Shown: piece after piece, positions 1 to 9,319 of the stretch
Numbering within the stretch: the first letter of the stretch is position 1
Layout of the letters: every line of letters starts with the position of its first letter
Source of the DNA: an uncultured Candidatus Saccharibacteria bacterium
Lineage (GTDB): Bacteria; Patescibacteriota; Doudnabacteria; UBA920
Length of the DNA: 64,000 bases
Direction: 5' to 3'
Assembly (NCBI GenBank): GCA_964532425.1
Contig: CAZHIA010000004.1
Location: forward strand, 19,740-83,739
The notes under the pieces: generated by a model
Told to the model about the DNA's origin: nothing
The model's database searches: none
Seen by the model: only the letters and a program-made list of their open reading frames with translations
Position numbers and translations under genes: made by a program

Positions 1-355
1 TCCGCAACGCATCAACCGGTTCCCGGTCGATCGTGACCATCACCCGTTTGCTTCCCAGCTTGGATTTTAAATACTTCCCTTCAGCAAAAGTGAAACCGCC
101 GAAAATTTCCAGATGTTCGCCCGGCGCAAGGTATTTCCCAATATTCGGCAGTGCATCGCTTTCCAAATCCGCGTGAGGACGCTCGAGTCCGCTGGTAAAT
201 AGCACGACCCGGTCCTTCTTCACGAGTAAAAACGCCCGATTGTGCTCATCAAAAAAAGCACCTGTTAGGTATAACAGGTTCTCTTTTTTCTTGAGTAGCA
301 CCGGATGTCCGATACTGCTTTGAATTCGCTCTATTCTGTCAGGCAGTATATCCAT
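1..355 (-). CDS. Xaa-Pro aminopeptidase (M24) family, N-terminal part; runs off the window edge
   Basis: Manual translation from ATG at 355: MDILPDRIERIQSSIGHPVLLKKKENLLYLTG...VDALR, resembling the creatinase/prolidase N-terminal domain. Not in the ORF track because it is truncated. Confidence 0.65.
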   Translation of the reverse strand, partial: MDILPDRIERIQSSIGHPVLLKKKENLLYLTGAFFDEHNRAFLLVKKDRVVLFTSGLERPHADLESDALPNIGKYLAPGEHLEIFGGFTFAEGKYLKSKLGSKRVMVTIDREPVDALR

Positions 356-623
356 AATCTGTCTTATCTGACTGGCTTAACCTGGTAATAAGATCTTGGG
401 CTGTTACTTTGAATGACTCCAATTTCTGTGCATCCACCTGCTTACCAGCGTTTAAATCTTGCTCCATAGTATCCGCTGATGCGTAAAAAGTATTCAATTC
501 CGCCTTCAGCTCCGGTGGGAGTGTTTCGTGGCCTTGTAAATACGTAGCATACGAAGCCCTGACCTGGTTGCCAAACCAGTTCAACTGAGCAAGCTCACTC
601 GAAAATGAATGTTCGGTTTCCAT
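339..623 (-). CDS. Hypothetical protein (94 aa, helical)
   Basis: ORF directly after the glyQS stop, overlapping the next gene's start. Confidence 0.6.
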   Translation of the reverse strand: METEHSFSSELAQLNWFGNQVRASYATYLQGHETLPPELKAELNTFYASADTMEQDLNAGKQVDAQKLESFKVTAQDLITRLSQSDKTDYGYTA

Positions 624-624
624 A

Positions 625-2037
625 TTATTTCAGTTGAGTCGTGAAATAATTGATCAGATCTGCAATGGCTACGCGAGGTTGCTCCTTGGTATCTCGGTTG
701 CGGACGGTGACGGTCCCGTCTTCCAGGGACTGGAAGTCCACGGTAATGCAGAACGGCGTACCGATTTCGTCCTGGCTATAATAACGCTTCCCAACGTTCC
801 CTCTGTCATCCCAGGCAGTGGTAAAATGCGGCGTCAGGCTTGCGTAAACTTCTTTAGCTTTTTCGACAAGCTGCGGCTTGTTGGCCAGCAGCGGAAATAC
901 GGCAACTTTATACGGAGCCAATTTTGGAGGCAAGGACAAGAACACGCGATCTTCCTCTTCTCGGTACGAGTCGAGCAGTACCATAGCCATAAGGCGATTG
1001 ATTCCAACCGCGGGTTCAATCACGTGCGGGACGAATTTCTTATTAGTATGCGGATCGGTATACTGCAAATCTGCCCCGCTGTGCTGCATATGCTGCTTTA
1101 AATCGTAATCGGTCCGGTATGCAATACCCCACAATTCCTTGAAGCCGAACGGGAACAGATATTCCATGTCTTCGGTGCGCTTGCTGTAGAACGAGCGCTC
1201 TTCATCACCATGCTCTCTCCAGCGCAAATGGTCGGCTTTGACCCCAAGAATTTCCGTAACAAACTTCCACATGTCGTTCTTCCAGGTCTCGAACAGCTCT
1301 TCCCATTTTGTCGATTCGGGATCGAAGAAGTATTCAATCTCGGCCTGCTCGAACTCGAGCGTCCGGAAAATAAAGTTCCCTTTGGTAATCTCATTGCGGA
1401 AAGATTTGCCGGTCTGACCGACACCAAACGGCAACCGCACGCGGGTGGAATCCAAAATATTTTTGAAGGACAGGAAAATACCCTGCGCGGTTTCTCCACG
1501 CAGGTATACGAGAGACTGATTCTCCGGAACAATGCCCACATGAGTCTCAAACAGCAAATTAAATTTCCTCACCGGTGTCCAATCGAACTTACCGCAGGTC
1601 GGGCACTTGATCTTGTGTTCTTGAATGATGGCGTCGAGCTCAGCCTCGGTCTTGCCTTCCACTTTCAAATCCGGCACCGCACCTTCAATGAGATGATCGG
1701 CCCGCGTGCGGGTGTGGCAGCTTTTGCATTCCACCATGGAGTCGGTCAAGCCGGCCACATGGCCGGAAGCCACCCAGGTTTTGGGATGCAGGATGATCGA
1801 AGAATCGAGTCCGACCATATCGGGCCGTGAGCGCACGAAAAATTGCCACCAGGCATCGGTGATATTCTTTTTCAATTCCACGCCGGCCGGACCGTATTCG
1901 TAGCTGTTCGCCATCCCGCCGTAAATTTCGCTGCCGGGAAAAACAAAACCGCGGCGCTTGCAGAGACTGACAATCTTTTCCATCTTGTCCGACGTAGCTT
2001 TAGCGAAGTCAGATAACTGTTCGTTTTGTTCGGCCAT
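625..2037 (-). CDS. glyQS: Glycine--tRNA ligase, homodimeric (alpha2) type
   Basis: CKRRGFVFPGSEIYGG, LRGETAQGIF, SFRNEI, FEQAEIEYF, VIEPAVG and anticodon-binding domain GKRYYSQDEIGTPFCITVD. Start placed at MAEQNEQ; the ORF-track extension to 2100 runs through a REP doublet. Confidence 0.96.
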   Translation of the reverse strand: MAEQNEQLSDFAKATSDKMEKIVSLCKRRGFVFPGSEIYGGMANSYEYGPAGVELKKNITDAWWQFFVRSRPDMVGLDSSIILHPKTWVASGHVAGLTDSMVECKSCHTRTRADHLIEGAVPDLKVEGKTEAELDAIIQEHKIKCPTCGKFDWTPVRKFNLLFETHVGIVPENQSLVYLRGETAQGIFLSFKNILDSTRVRLPFGVGQTGKSFRNEITKGNFIFRTLEFEQAEIEYFFDPESTKWEELFETWKNDMWKFVTEILGVKADHLRWREHGDEERSFYSKRTEDMEYLFPFGFKELWGIAYRTDYDLKQHMQHSGADLQYTDPHTNKKFVPHVIEPAVGINRLMAMVLLDSYREEEDRVFLSLPPKLAPYKVAVFPLLANKPQLVEKAKEVYASLTPHFTTAWDDRGNVGKRYYSQDEIGTPFCITVDFQSLEDGTVTVRNRDTKEQPRVAIADLINYFTTQLK

Positions 2038-2055
2038 AAGAATCCCCACATTCCT

Positions 2056-2105
2056 GTAGCGTGCCGATTCATCGGCTGACTTAAGCCCATAAATGGGCAC
2101 GCTAC
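2056..2105. repeat. GTAG-type REP doublet (GTAGCGTGCC family)
   Basis: gtagcgtgccgattcatcggc ... gcccataaatgggcacgctac in inverted arrangement; same family at 13760-13817 and 50420-50470. Confidence 0.8.
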
Positions 2106-2191
2106 ACGATCTTTTTAATATAATTCCTCACCATTATACCAAAAACCGCACCCTGCTGCCAAGGTGCAGATTACCAGCCATTTACTGAGAG

Positions 2192-2306
2192 TTGTCATCG
2201 CGAGGCACCAAAGGGCTTTAGCTTTGGTACCGTGGCGATCTTGCCAAAAAAGATTGCTTCACCCTGCTATTTTATTGCTAGAAAATAGCAGGGCTCGCAA
2301 TGACAA
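2192..2306. repeat. Palindromic element, GTCAT(T/C)GCGAG...CTCGCAATGAC family (RPE-like)
   Basis: Terminal inverted repeats ttgtcatcgcgag / ctcgcaatgacaa, internal hairpins and gattgcttc motif; related copy at 28442-28593. Confidence 0.8.
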
Positions 2307-2321
2307 TAAAATATATCCGAT

Positions 2322-3506
2322 TTATTGATCTTTCAACAAAACCGTATAATCCCGGTACGTTTTGACCATCTCATCGAAGTTCTCGTACTGGATGGCTGTG
2401 CGGATCTTCTGCATCAAGTTCAGATAGAACTTCAAGTTGTGCATAGTAGCCAGGCGGATAGCCAGCGGTTCGCCGGTGGCAAACAGGTGGCGCAAATAGG
2501 ATTTGGAATGGTTCAGGCACAAGTAGCAGTCGCAACCGTTGTCGACTGTCGTAAAGTCTTCACGGTATTTCTCAAGCCTGATGTCGATAGTCTGATAGCC
2601 TTCGACTGTCCCATCGTTCGTTTCTATATTCCGTGCGGTGATGTAAAGCCGGCCATGCCGCGCCTCGCGCGTCGGGATGACGCAGTCAAACGTATCGCAG
2701 CCGCGCGCCGCCCCTTGGACAATATCAAACGGCGTGCCCACGCCAAGCAAATGTTTGGGTGCGGTTTCCGGCAAGAAAGGGATACAGTACTCAATAGCTT
2801 TCATCATCTCTTCGTGCGGTTCTCCTACTGCCACGCCGCCAATAGCAAAACCCTCAAAGCCAAAGTTGACCATGTCCTCGGCTGACTTTTTGCGCAGATC
2901 AGGGAAAGATGCACCTTGCACGATCCCCCACAGCTTTTGCCCCGGATTGACCGGGTCTCCGTCAATCATAATCTTCTGGTGCTCGCGAATAGCACGCTCG
3001 GCCCAGCGGTTGGTCTGCTCAATGGATTGCTTGCTGCGGCCATGTTCGAACGGGAAGCCGGGGAAGTCATCCAATATCAAAGCGATATCGCTGCCGAGGT
3101 TGGCCTGGATGTCCACGGATTTTTCCGGACTCAAAATTTCCTGCCGCCCGTCCAGATCGAACTGGAACAGCACCCCGGCTTCCATGACCTTGCGCATCTT
3201 GGAAAGTGAAAAAACCTGGAACCCGCCGCTGTCGGTAAAAATAGGACCTTTCCAGTTCATGAACTTATGGAGCCCGCCCGCTTTGTAAATGAGTGCATCC
3301 CCCGGCCGCTGCCATAAATGATAGGTATTAGCCAGCACCATCTGAGCGCCCCAAAACTTCAGTTCTTCGGTCGTAACTGATTTAATGGCACCTTTGGTAC
3401 CGATCGGCAAAAACATCGGCGTCAAGACATCGCCGTGCGCGGTGTGCAGCACGCCATTACGCGCACTGCTGCCTGCATCTTTTTTGAGAATTTCGAAGTA
3501 AGACAT
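2322..3506 (-). CDS. tgt: tRNA-guanine transglycosylase (queuine tRNA-ribosyltransferase)
   Basis: TPMFLPIGT, LANTYHL, TDSGGFQVFSL, GIVQG, FDCVIPTR and Zn site CDCYLC...HNL. Start at MSYFEIL (3506). Confidence 0.96.
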   Translation of the reverse strand: MSYFEILKKDAGSSARNGVLHTAHGDVLTPMFLPIGTKGAIKSVTTEELKFWGAQMVLANTYHLWQRPGDALIYKAGGLHKFMNWKGPIFTDSGGFQVFSLSKMRKVMEAGVLFQFDLDGRQEILSPEKSVDIQANLGSDIALILDDFPGFPFEHGRSKQSIEQTNRWAERAIREHQKIMIDGDPVNPGQKLWGIVQGASFPDLRKKSAEDMVNFGFEGFAIGGVAVGEPHEEMMKAIEYCIPFLPETAPKHLLGVGTPFDIVQGAARGCDTFDCVIPTREARHGRLYITARNIETNDGTVEGYQTIDIRLEKYREDFTTVDNGCDCYLCLNHSKSYLRHLFATGEPLAIRLATMHNLKFYLNLMQKIRTAIQYENFDEMVKTYRDYTVLLKDQ

Positions 3507-3586
3507 TAGCCATAGTATACTAAATTTTCGCCATTTTGAAAATTGTATATGATATAGTACAATACCAAAAACCACCAGGAGGGTTT

Positions 3587-3784
3587 GTGAGCACTGAACT
3601 TGTAATCGAAATTGAGCAGGACACAGACGGCCGCTGGATCGGCGAAGTAATATCCATGCCCGGAGTGATGGTCTATGGTGCCAGTCCGGAGGATGCGCGG
3701 GCCCGTGCTGCAAAGCTCGCACAACAGGTCATCCAAGATCGGGAAGAAACTGCTTCTCCCTACGATCGCCCGGAATTCGAATAA
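3587..3784 (+). CDS. HicB-like antitoxin-family protein
   Basis: IEIEQDTDGRWIGEVISMPGVMVYGASPEDA; SD ggagg before GTG at 3587. Confidence 0.8.
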   Translation: MSTELVIEIEQDTDGRWIGEVISMPGVMVYGASPEDARARAAKLAQQVIQDREETASPYDRPEFE

Positions 3785-3823
3785 CTAAAAGACCGCTGCC
3801 ACGCTGGCCTGCGCCATTAACAC

Positions 3824-3855
3824 AAACCCCTGCTTTCGTTTGAAAGCAGGGGTTC
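3824..3855. terminator. Hairpin terminator between convergent genes
   Basis: aacccctgctttc-gttt-gaaagcaggggtt. Confidence 0.6.
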
Positions 3856-3885
3856 TTATAGTACCTGAGGGACAGCAGAGTGCCA

Positions 3886-4122
3886 TTACACTTCCCGAGC
3901 ACTGATCCTTCCCGAATCACGCCGTGCCAGCGCTCCCATGATGAATATGGCATACAGAGCCGCCAGGCCGACCAGCGCGTAGATAATACGCGACAGTGCC
4001 GAAAGGTTACCGAAAATGCTGGCCACCAGGTCGTACTTAAAGAATCCAACCAGTCCCCAGTTGAGCCCGCCGATGATAAGCAAGACTAGCGCCAAATAAT
4101 CAAGTCCATTGAGTTTATTCAC
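3886..4122 (-). CDS. DUF378 family small membrane protein
   Basis: ALVLLIIGGLNWGLVGFFKYDLVASIFG...RIIYALVGLAALY; SD aaggag before GTG at 4122. Confidence 0.9.
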   Translation of the reverse strand: MNKLNGLDYLALVLLIIGGLNWGLVGFFKYDLVASIFGNLSALSRIIYALVGLAALYAIFIMGALARRDSGRISAREV

Positions 4123-4259
4123 ACATACTCCTTTCCAAGCCCCGCTTGGCATTAATACACCTTCTGTAATGACGACGACACAGCTACCAGCTTCTGTATC
4201 GGGTTATTTTTACTTGCTTGACCTGATAATTTTTGTAGGGGCAATACGTCAATGGTTAA

Positions 4260-4517
4260 ATGAAAAATTCACACGGAGGTACCCTTGTTGCCTTAGAGCA
4301 ACCCATTGATGTAGATTCATTGCCAGTCTCGACCGAACTCGACACCAACGCGCTATGGATAGCCGACATAGCGAACGTCCCCGGACAAGTTCCCGGATGT
4401 TCCGCCTACGGAATTTCGGAAGCTGAAGCCATTGCCAACGTCCGCTTTCTGGTCAAGAAGGCCCTGGCCAACATGTCTATGAGCGCTGCCAGAAAAGCTT
4501 CTCTCGATACGAAATGA
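4260..4517 (+). CDS. HicB-like protein
   Basis: LWIADIANVPGQVPGCSAYGISEAEAIANV; start codon uncertain. Confidence 0.65.
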   Translation: MKNSHGGTLVALEQPIDVDSLPVSTELDTNALWIADIANVPGQVPGCSAYGISEAEAIANVRFLVKKALANMSMSAARKASLDTK

Positions 4518-4618
4518 TGAATCAACCCGCCAACATACAAAAGCTCCCGCTTCATTCGAACGGGAGCTGTATTCTTTTGTACGATAGATTCCACTCTCTG
4601 ATCGTTTCATTAAATTAC

Positions 4619-4686
4619 GGCAGGCCACGGGCCTGCACTACAACTCGCTGATGGTGTGATAAATGTAGTGCAGGCCCGCGGCCTGC
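4619..4686. repeat. GTAG-type REP doublet (GTAGTGCAGG family)
   Basis: ggcaggccacgggcctgcactac ... gtagtgcaggcccgcggcctgc; same family at 30337-30400. Confidence 0.8.
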
Positions 4687-4840
4687 TGCTTTAATGGAGG
4701 GTCGGTTATCAACCGCCATGTATTTGAATATCCGCTTGGATGTGTACTATCCGCCCATACACCTTCCCCATAAGAAAGAGCCGCATCCGGGGTGGACACG
4801 GCTCAAAAGTACTGCAAGGTTTGAGATAGGACTTCTACTT

Positions 4841-5476
4841 CTAGGCGTAGTAGCCGTACTTCTGCCGACCGGAGTACTTCTTCCGTACGGTCAGGGTACA
4901 GACCGGCATTTCGCCGGTGACAAGGAGATCAATCAGCGGAGCGCGCAATGCACGCTGGTTACGTTTACGTCCGGCATTCCGTTTGCTGCGATGCCCGCGG
5001 TCCGGTGATCCGTGATACCCGCTGCGTTTGTCGCGACACTTGCCGAAGTAGCCGTTACCGTAGTACTCCAAGGCGTTCGCCCTGGATGAACCCTGCCCGA
5101 CTTCGGACAGCTCGTCTTCCGGAACGGAGGATACCACGCGGTCAATCTCCCGCCGCTCTTCGTGGGTCAAGTGCAGTGCTTCGAGTTCTGCACCCAGTGC
5201 CCCGACCGAGTTCATAGCCAGGGAAAGGCTGATCAAGCCGCCGTTGTTGGCGGCCACAGCATCGAGGTAACTATCGATCTGTTCCTGGCGTGACGGGGCA
5301 GAGGGAACGACTTCGACAGCGATAACTTCGACGACCGTGACGATTACAGCCACTTCCGGTGCCTTTTTGGTCTTCACCGGCGGACGCAGAGGTCCGCCGA
5401 TTTCCCGAATGTGATTGAGCAAACTCGTGCTGGCGGTGGCGATCATTCGGCCACCTTTTTGTCCTTCAAACCTCAA
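4841..5476 (-). CDS. Hypothetical ORFan with basic C-terminus
   Basis: 211-aa ORF with SD aggagg, upstream consensus promoter and downstream hairpin. Confidence 0.55.
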   Translation of the reverse strand: MRFEGQKGGRMIATASTSLLNHIREIGGPLRPPVKTKKAPEVAVIVTVVEVIAVEVVPSAPSRQEQIDSYLDAVAANNGGLISLSLAMNSVGALGAELEALHLTHEERREIDRVVSSVPEDELSEVGQGSSRANALEYYGNGYFGKCRDKRSGYHGSPDRGHRSKRNAGRKRNQRALRAPLIDLLVTGEMPVCTLTVRKKYSGRQKYGYYA

Positions 5477-5517
5477 GTTTTCCTCCTGAAAAGATGGGTT
5501 TTGAAAACTAACCCATA

Positions 5518-5546
5518 ATTATAGCATTTTTTAACATTTTTGTCAA
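5518..5546 (-). promoter_or_regulatory. Sigma70 promoter
   Basis: TTGACA-17 bp-TATAAT on the minus strand, with TG extended -10. Confidence 0.8.
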
Positions 5547-5594
5547 TATTAAAATCCCTAGTATTTACTAGGGATTTTATAAAATATGCCTTAT

Positions 5595-6569
5595 TTACAT
5601 TACCCGCGTATGAGCGGAGTTGCCGTGCGCCATATGGGTGGGAAGCGAATCAAATTCTTCAAGAATCATTTTCAGCTCCTGAATCGGTGGGGTGCTATCT
5701 ATTTCTTCCAAAGTGTGCCCGGTCTGAACAGATTCCTGGAGCAGTGCGTCTATTTGGTTTCTCGCATAGGTAAAATATTCAGAAATTCCACGACCATCCC
5801 TCGTTCGGGTGTTTCGCGAGGCCGCATACTGTTGGAATTTTTCCAATTGCAAAGAAATCTGGCGAAGTATAATTTTTTTCATCAGACCGTTCTGGGTCAC
5901 CTTGCCCTGCTGCCAACCCCGGACCATCACTTGTGCCGCTTCTCGGTTCATCATAATCACAACACGGGGCAAATGATGAAGCCATCCCTGGTAGTCTCCC
6001 CTCTTGGAGCGGAAGTATTTGACTGAACCGAGCCTGCCGGCATCCAAATCATTCTTGATGCGGCTAAATTTATAGCTCGGGTCCTGGTTGTAGGTAATGT
6101 CAGTAGCAAGTCCCATGTGTTTGGTCGCGCCGGACTGCTCTTCAAATTCAAGGATTGAATCTACGCCGTTTTCGAAATCATCATAATCGGTCGTCATGTA
6201 CATGGTCGCGGATTCGCCGAACCACTTCAGCTCGTTCGAACAATCATACAGTGCCACTTCAAGCGTCTTGGCCAATTTTTGCAATTCCGGATCCTTCCGT
6301 TCTTCGCGATCACGCGAGCTCTGCGTGGCTTTTTTTAATTCGATATGTTCCTTATCTTCTTCAATTTGCCGTTGGTTGGAACGTCCGTTCGGCTCCACAT
6401 GAATAAAACTATCCAGGGTGGGTTTTTCCCGGTCCGCAATGGCCATGGCTCTTTCGTAAGCGGCGGCTTCAAGACTTAACGGCACATGTTCGGACTTTGG
6501 CTCCGGCACGTCCCGCGGTGGTTGAGCGGGAGCTTTGTAATTGGTATAACGTCGTGGTTGTGGATGCAT
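5595..6569 (-). CDS. Hypothetical protein, possible PD-(D/E)XK-like fold
   Basis: 324-aa ORF with YDDFENGVDSILEF...GLATDITY pattern; the fold call is inference. Confidence 0.65.
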   Translation of the reverse strand: MHPQPRRYTNYKAPAQPPRDVPEPKSEHVPLSLEAAAYERAMAIADREKPTLDSFIHVEPNGRSNQRQIEEDKEHIELKKATQSSRDREERKDPELQKLAKTLEVALYDCSNELKWFGESATMYMTTDYDDFENGVDSILEFEEQSGATKHMGLATDITYNQDPSYKFSRIKNDLDAGRLGSVKYFRSKRGDYQGWLHHLPRVVIMMNREAAQVMVRGWQQGKVTQNGLMKKIILRQISLQLEKFQQYAASRNTRTRDGRGISEYFTYARNQIDALLQESVQTGHTLEEIDSTPPIQELKMILEEFDSLPTHMAHGNSAHTRVM

Positions 6570-6671
6570 ATTTTCACATTATCCTTCTACAATCAAAGTA
6601 TACCAAATTCCTCAAAATTAAGCAGCCCTTGGCGAGCACTATGATACAAGGAAGTATCGTAGTAGATACAA

Positions 6672-6706
6672 AACAACCCCGTCCTCAGATTGAGGACGGG
6701 GTTGTG
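6672..6706 (-). terminator. Intrinsic terminator after pnp
   Basis: acaaccccgtcctc-agatt-gaggacggggttgt followed by a U tract on the minus strand. Confidence 0.7.
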
Positions 6707-6755
6707 TAAATTTTGTATCACTTCTCCCTTCACACTATTGCCTTCTGCCTAAGGT

Positions 6756-9080
6756 TTAAAACCTCGGGCGGAACGGTCTCGGATGATCATCATCTCCACC
6801 GCTGCGGTGCGGGCGGAACCCGCCGTGGCCATGGCCGTTGCTTCTGCCATTGCCACCGCGCGAGCCTCCCCTGCCCCCGAAGCTGCTATGTTCGGCAGCC
6901 GCTGCCTGTTGCTCCGGAGTCGGAGCCGCGGCGAACGGCTTGTGGGTCAGGTTAATGCGCCCCTGGTCATCAATCTCCACCACTTGAACCTTGAGCGGAT
7001 CGCCAACCTTGACTACATCCTCTACCCTGCCGACGCGGTAGTTAGCCAGCTGGGAAATGTGCACCAAGCCTTCCTTACCCGGTAGCACCTCCACGAACGC
7101 ACCGAAGTCCATGAGGCGGGTAACCTTGCCGTCGTACACTTCTCCCGGCTCGACTTCCTTAACGATGTTTTGGATCCACTCGGTCGCCTTCTTGGCCATC
7201 TCGGCATCGGTAGACGTGACCATGACCAAACCGCTATCCTCAATATCAATCTTCACACCCGGACAGTTGGCAATAATTTCGTTGATGGTCTTGCCGCCAC
7301 TGCCGATGACTTCGCGGATCTTGTCCGGCTTGATCATAAAGCTCGTGATGCGAGGTGCGTACGGAGAAAGATCCGGACGCGGTGCAGGCAGGGCTTCCTT
7401 CATTTTGCCGATAATGTGAATGCGCGCAGGCTTGGCCTGATGCAAAGCCTGTTCCAGAATATCAGCGCTCAGACCTTTCAGCTTCATATCAAGCTGCAAA
7501 GCGGTCACGCCTTCTTCGCTGCCGGTAACTTTAAAGTCCATGTGGCCGTTGAAATCTTCAATACCGGCAATATCTGTCAGCACTTTGAAGTTTTGAGGAT
7601 TAGACTCGTCCATTACCAATCCCATGGCGCAACCGCCGATAATATGCTTAATCGGCACACCAGCATCCATTAACGCCAAAGTCGATCCGCAGGTGGAAGC
7701 CATGGAGGTACTGCCGTTACTGGACATGATTTCAGAAACCAAGCGCATGGTGTACGGGAACTCTTCCTGCGGAGGCAGGACAACTTCCACGGCGCGCTCA
7801 GCCAAAGCACCATGGCCGATTTCGCGGCGGCCCGGACCCCGGACCGGAGCAACTTCGCCCACGCTGTAACCGGGCATGTTGTAGTGGTGGATATAGCGCT
7901 TGGCGCGTCCTTCATACGGATCTTCCATGCCGTCGAGCATCTGCTCGTCGCCCTTGCTGCCAAGCGTGACCGTGGTCAACGCCTGGGTCTCGCCACGGGT
8001 AAACAAGGCGCTGCCGTGCGTGCGCGGCAAAACCGCGACCTCGCACGTGATGGGGCGGGTCTCGGTCAGTTTACGTCCGTCAACGCGGCGTTCATGCTCC
8101 AGAATCTGCTTCTGCTGGTATTTCTTTAAGAGCTTGTCGATAACACTGTTAACCTCTTTGTCGATGTTGATCGGCTGCACAGCGTCCTGTACGGGACGGT
8201 CGCGACCGTCCCCTACGGGGGACAACGCCTCTTTGACCTGCGCCGTGATTTCCGTAATCAATTTATTGATATTGCTCTCGCGCTCTTCCTTGCTTTTTAC
8301 ATACACGGCGGTTTCGATCTTGTCGTCGGTGAGCAATTCTTTAATCTTGGCCATCAGCTGTTCGTTCGGCTTGACGATGATCGGCTCGGCTTTTTCCTTG
8401 CCGATTTGTTTGGCAAATTCAATCTGCGTTTCGACGAGTTTGCCTAAATGCGGCTGAGCAAACCGGATTGCTTCCACGATCTGCTCTTCGGGAATGATCT
8501 GTGCGCCCATTTCAACCATAATAATGTGCTCGCCCGTGCCGCACACGATCAGATCCATGTCGGACTTCTCCTGCTGCTCATGCGTCGGGTTCACCACATA
8601 CTGCCCGTCCACCTTGCCTACACGAACGCCAGCCACCGGGCCATCGTACGGGATGCGCGAAATCGCCAACGCCATAGACGCGGCATTGACCGCAACCATA
8701 TCAGGCTCGTTGACTCCGTCGATAGATAACACGGTGGAGATAATTTGTACGTCATTGCGCATGCCTTCCGGAAACATCGGCCGGAGGGTTCGGTCTATAA
8801 CGCGCCCTTTCAAAATGGCATCGTCCGTGGCGCGGCCTTCGCGCTTGACCCAGCGGCTGCCCTTGATTTTGCCGGCAGCGTATAAACGCTCCTCGTAGTC
8901 GACCAGCAGCGGGAAGAAATCTATGCCTTCACGGGCTTTGTCGGACATAACCGCCGTGGCCAGGACGACTGTATCGCCGAGACGGGCCATAACGGCACCG
9001 TCAGCCTGTCCTGCCAACTTTCCCGTTTCAAATATAAACTCGCCCTCCCCCACGTTGCAGGTAATCTTCTTACTTTCCAT
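6756..9080 (-). CDS. pnp: Polyribonucleotide nucleotidyltransferase (PNPase)
   Basis: FFPLLVDYEE, RVIDRTLRPMF, RRVDGR, RREIGHGALAERA, SNGSTSMAS, MDFKVTG, KH and S1 domains; Gly/Arg-rich tail; start MESKK. Confidence 0.98.
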   Translation of the reverse strand: MESKKITCNVGEGEFIFETGKLAGQADGAVMARLGDTVVLATAVMSDKAREGIDFFPLLVDYEERLYAAGKIKGSRWVKREGRATDDAILKGRVIDRTLRPMFPEGMRNDVQIISTVLSIDGVNEPDMVAVNAASMALAISRIPYDGPVAGVRVGKVDGQYVVNPTHEQQEKSDMDLIVCGTGEHIIMVEMGAQIIPEEQIVEAIRFAQPHLGKLVETQIEFAKQIGKEKAEPIIVKPNEQLMAKIKELLTDDKIETAVYVKSKEERESNINKLITEITAQVKEALSPVGDGRDRPVQDAVQPINIDKEVNSVIDKLLKKYQQKQILEHERRVDGRKLTETRPITCEVAVLPRTHGSALFTRGETQALTTVTLGSKGDEQMLDGMEDPYEGRAKRYIHHYNMPGYSVGEVAPVRGPGRREIGHGALAERAVEVVLPPQEEFPYTMRLVSEIMSSNGSTSMASTCGSTLALMDAGVPIKHIIGGCAMGLVMDESNPQNFKVLTDIAGIEDFNGHMDFKVTGSEEGVTALQLDMKLKGLSADILEQALHQAKPARIHIIGKMKEALPAPRPDLSPYAPRITSFMIKPDKIREVIGSGGKTINEIIANCPGVKIDIEDSGLVMVTSTDAEMAKKATEWIQNIVKEVEPGEVYDGKVTRLMDFGAFVEVLPGKEGLVHISQLANYRVGRVEDVVKVGDPLKVQVVEIDDQGRINLTHKPFAAAPTPEQQAAAAEHSSFGGRGGSRGGNGRSNGHGHGGFRPHRSGGDDDHPRPFRPRF
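8189..8216 (-). repeat. GTAG-type REP inserted in frame in pnp
   Basis: GTAGGGGACGGTCGCGACCGTCCCGTAC with a 20-bp perfect palindromic core, encoding VGDGRDRPV; resembles the intergenic REP at 16560-16587. Confidence 0.8.
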
Positions 9081-9127
9081 GAATTGTCCTTTCTTGCCCC
9101 GCCCTTTGCTCACAAAGAGCGGGGTGT

Positions 9128-9202
9128 GTTTCAGAGTGTTATGCGTGTTGACGAGGACTTTTTTTAAAAATCCTTCGCTATACCCGCACACCACCGCTGA
9201 AA
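9128..9202 (-). promoter_or_regulatory. Long stem-loop in the pnp 5' leader (candidate RNase III/autoregulation site)
   Basis: gtttcag...ctgaaac closes an extended imperfect hairpin; RNase III-processed pnp leaders are known in other bacteria. Confidence 0.5.
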
Positions 9203-9206
9203 CATT

Positions 9207-9315
9207 AATAAATTAATTGACAAAATTTAAAAAATTGAACAAAATTGACAAAATTATTCAAACCAGCCTGCAATTTATTTTTGTCAATTTTGTCATTTTT
9301 GTCATTTTTGTCAAT
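9207..9315. repeat. AT-rich tandem/inverted repeat (ttgacaaaa / ttttgtca units)
   Basis: Several aaattgacaa units followed by ttttgtca units in opposite orientation. Confidence 0.7.
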
Positions 9316-9319
9316 ATTA

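Noticed and set aside
2038-2100. N-terminal extension of GlyRS
   Set aside because: It is a translation of the REP doublet; more likely 5' UTR, although a coding role cannot be excluded.
3507-3722. N-terminal extension of TGT in the ORF track
   Set aside because: It overlaps the opposite-strand HicB-like gene and the promoter region; homology begins at MSYFEIL.
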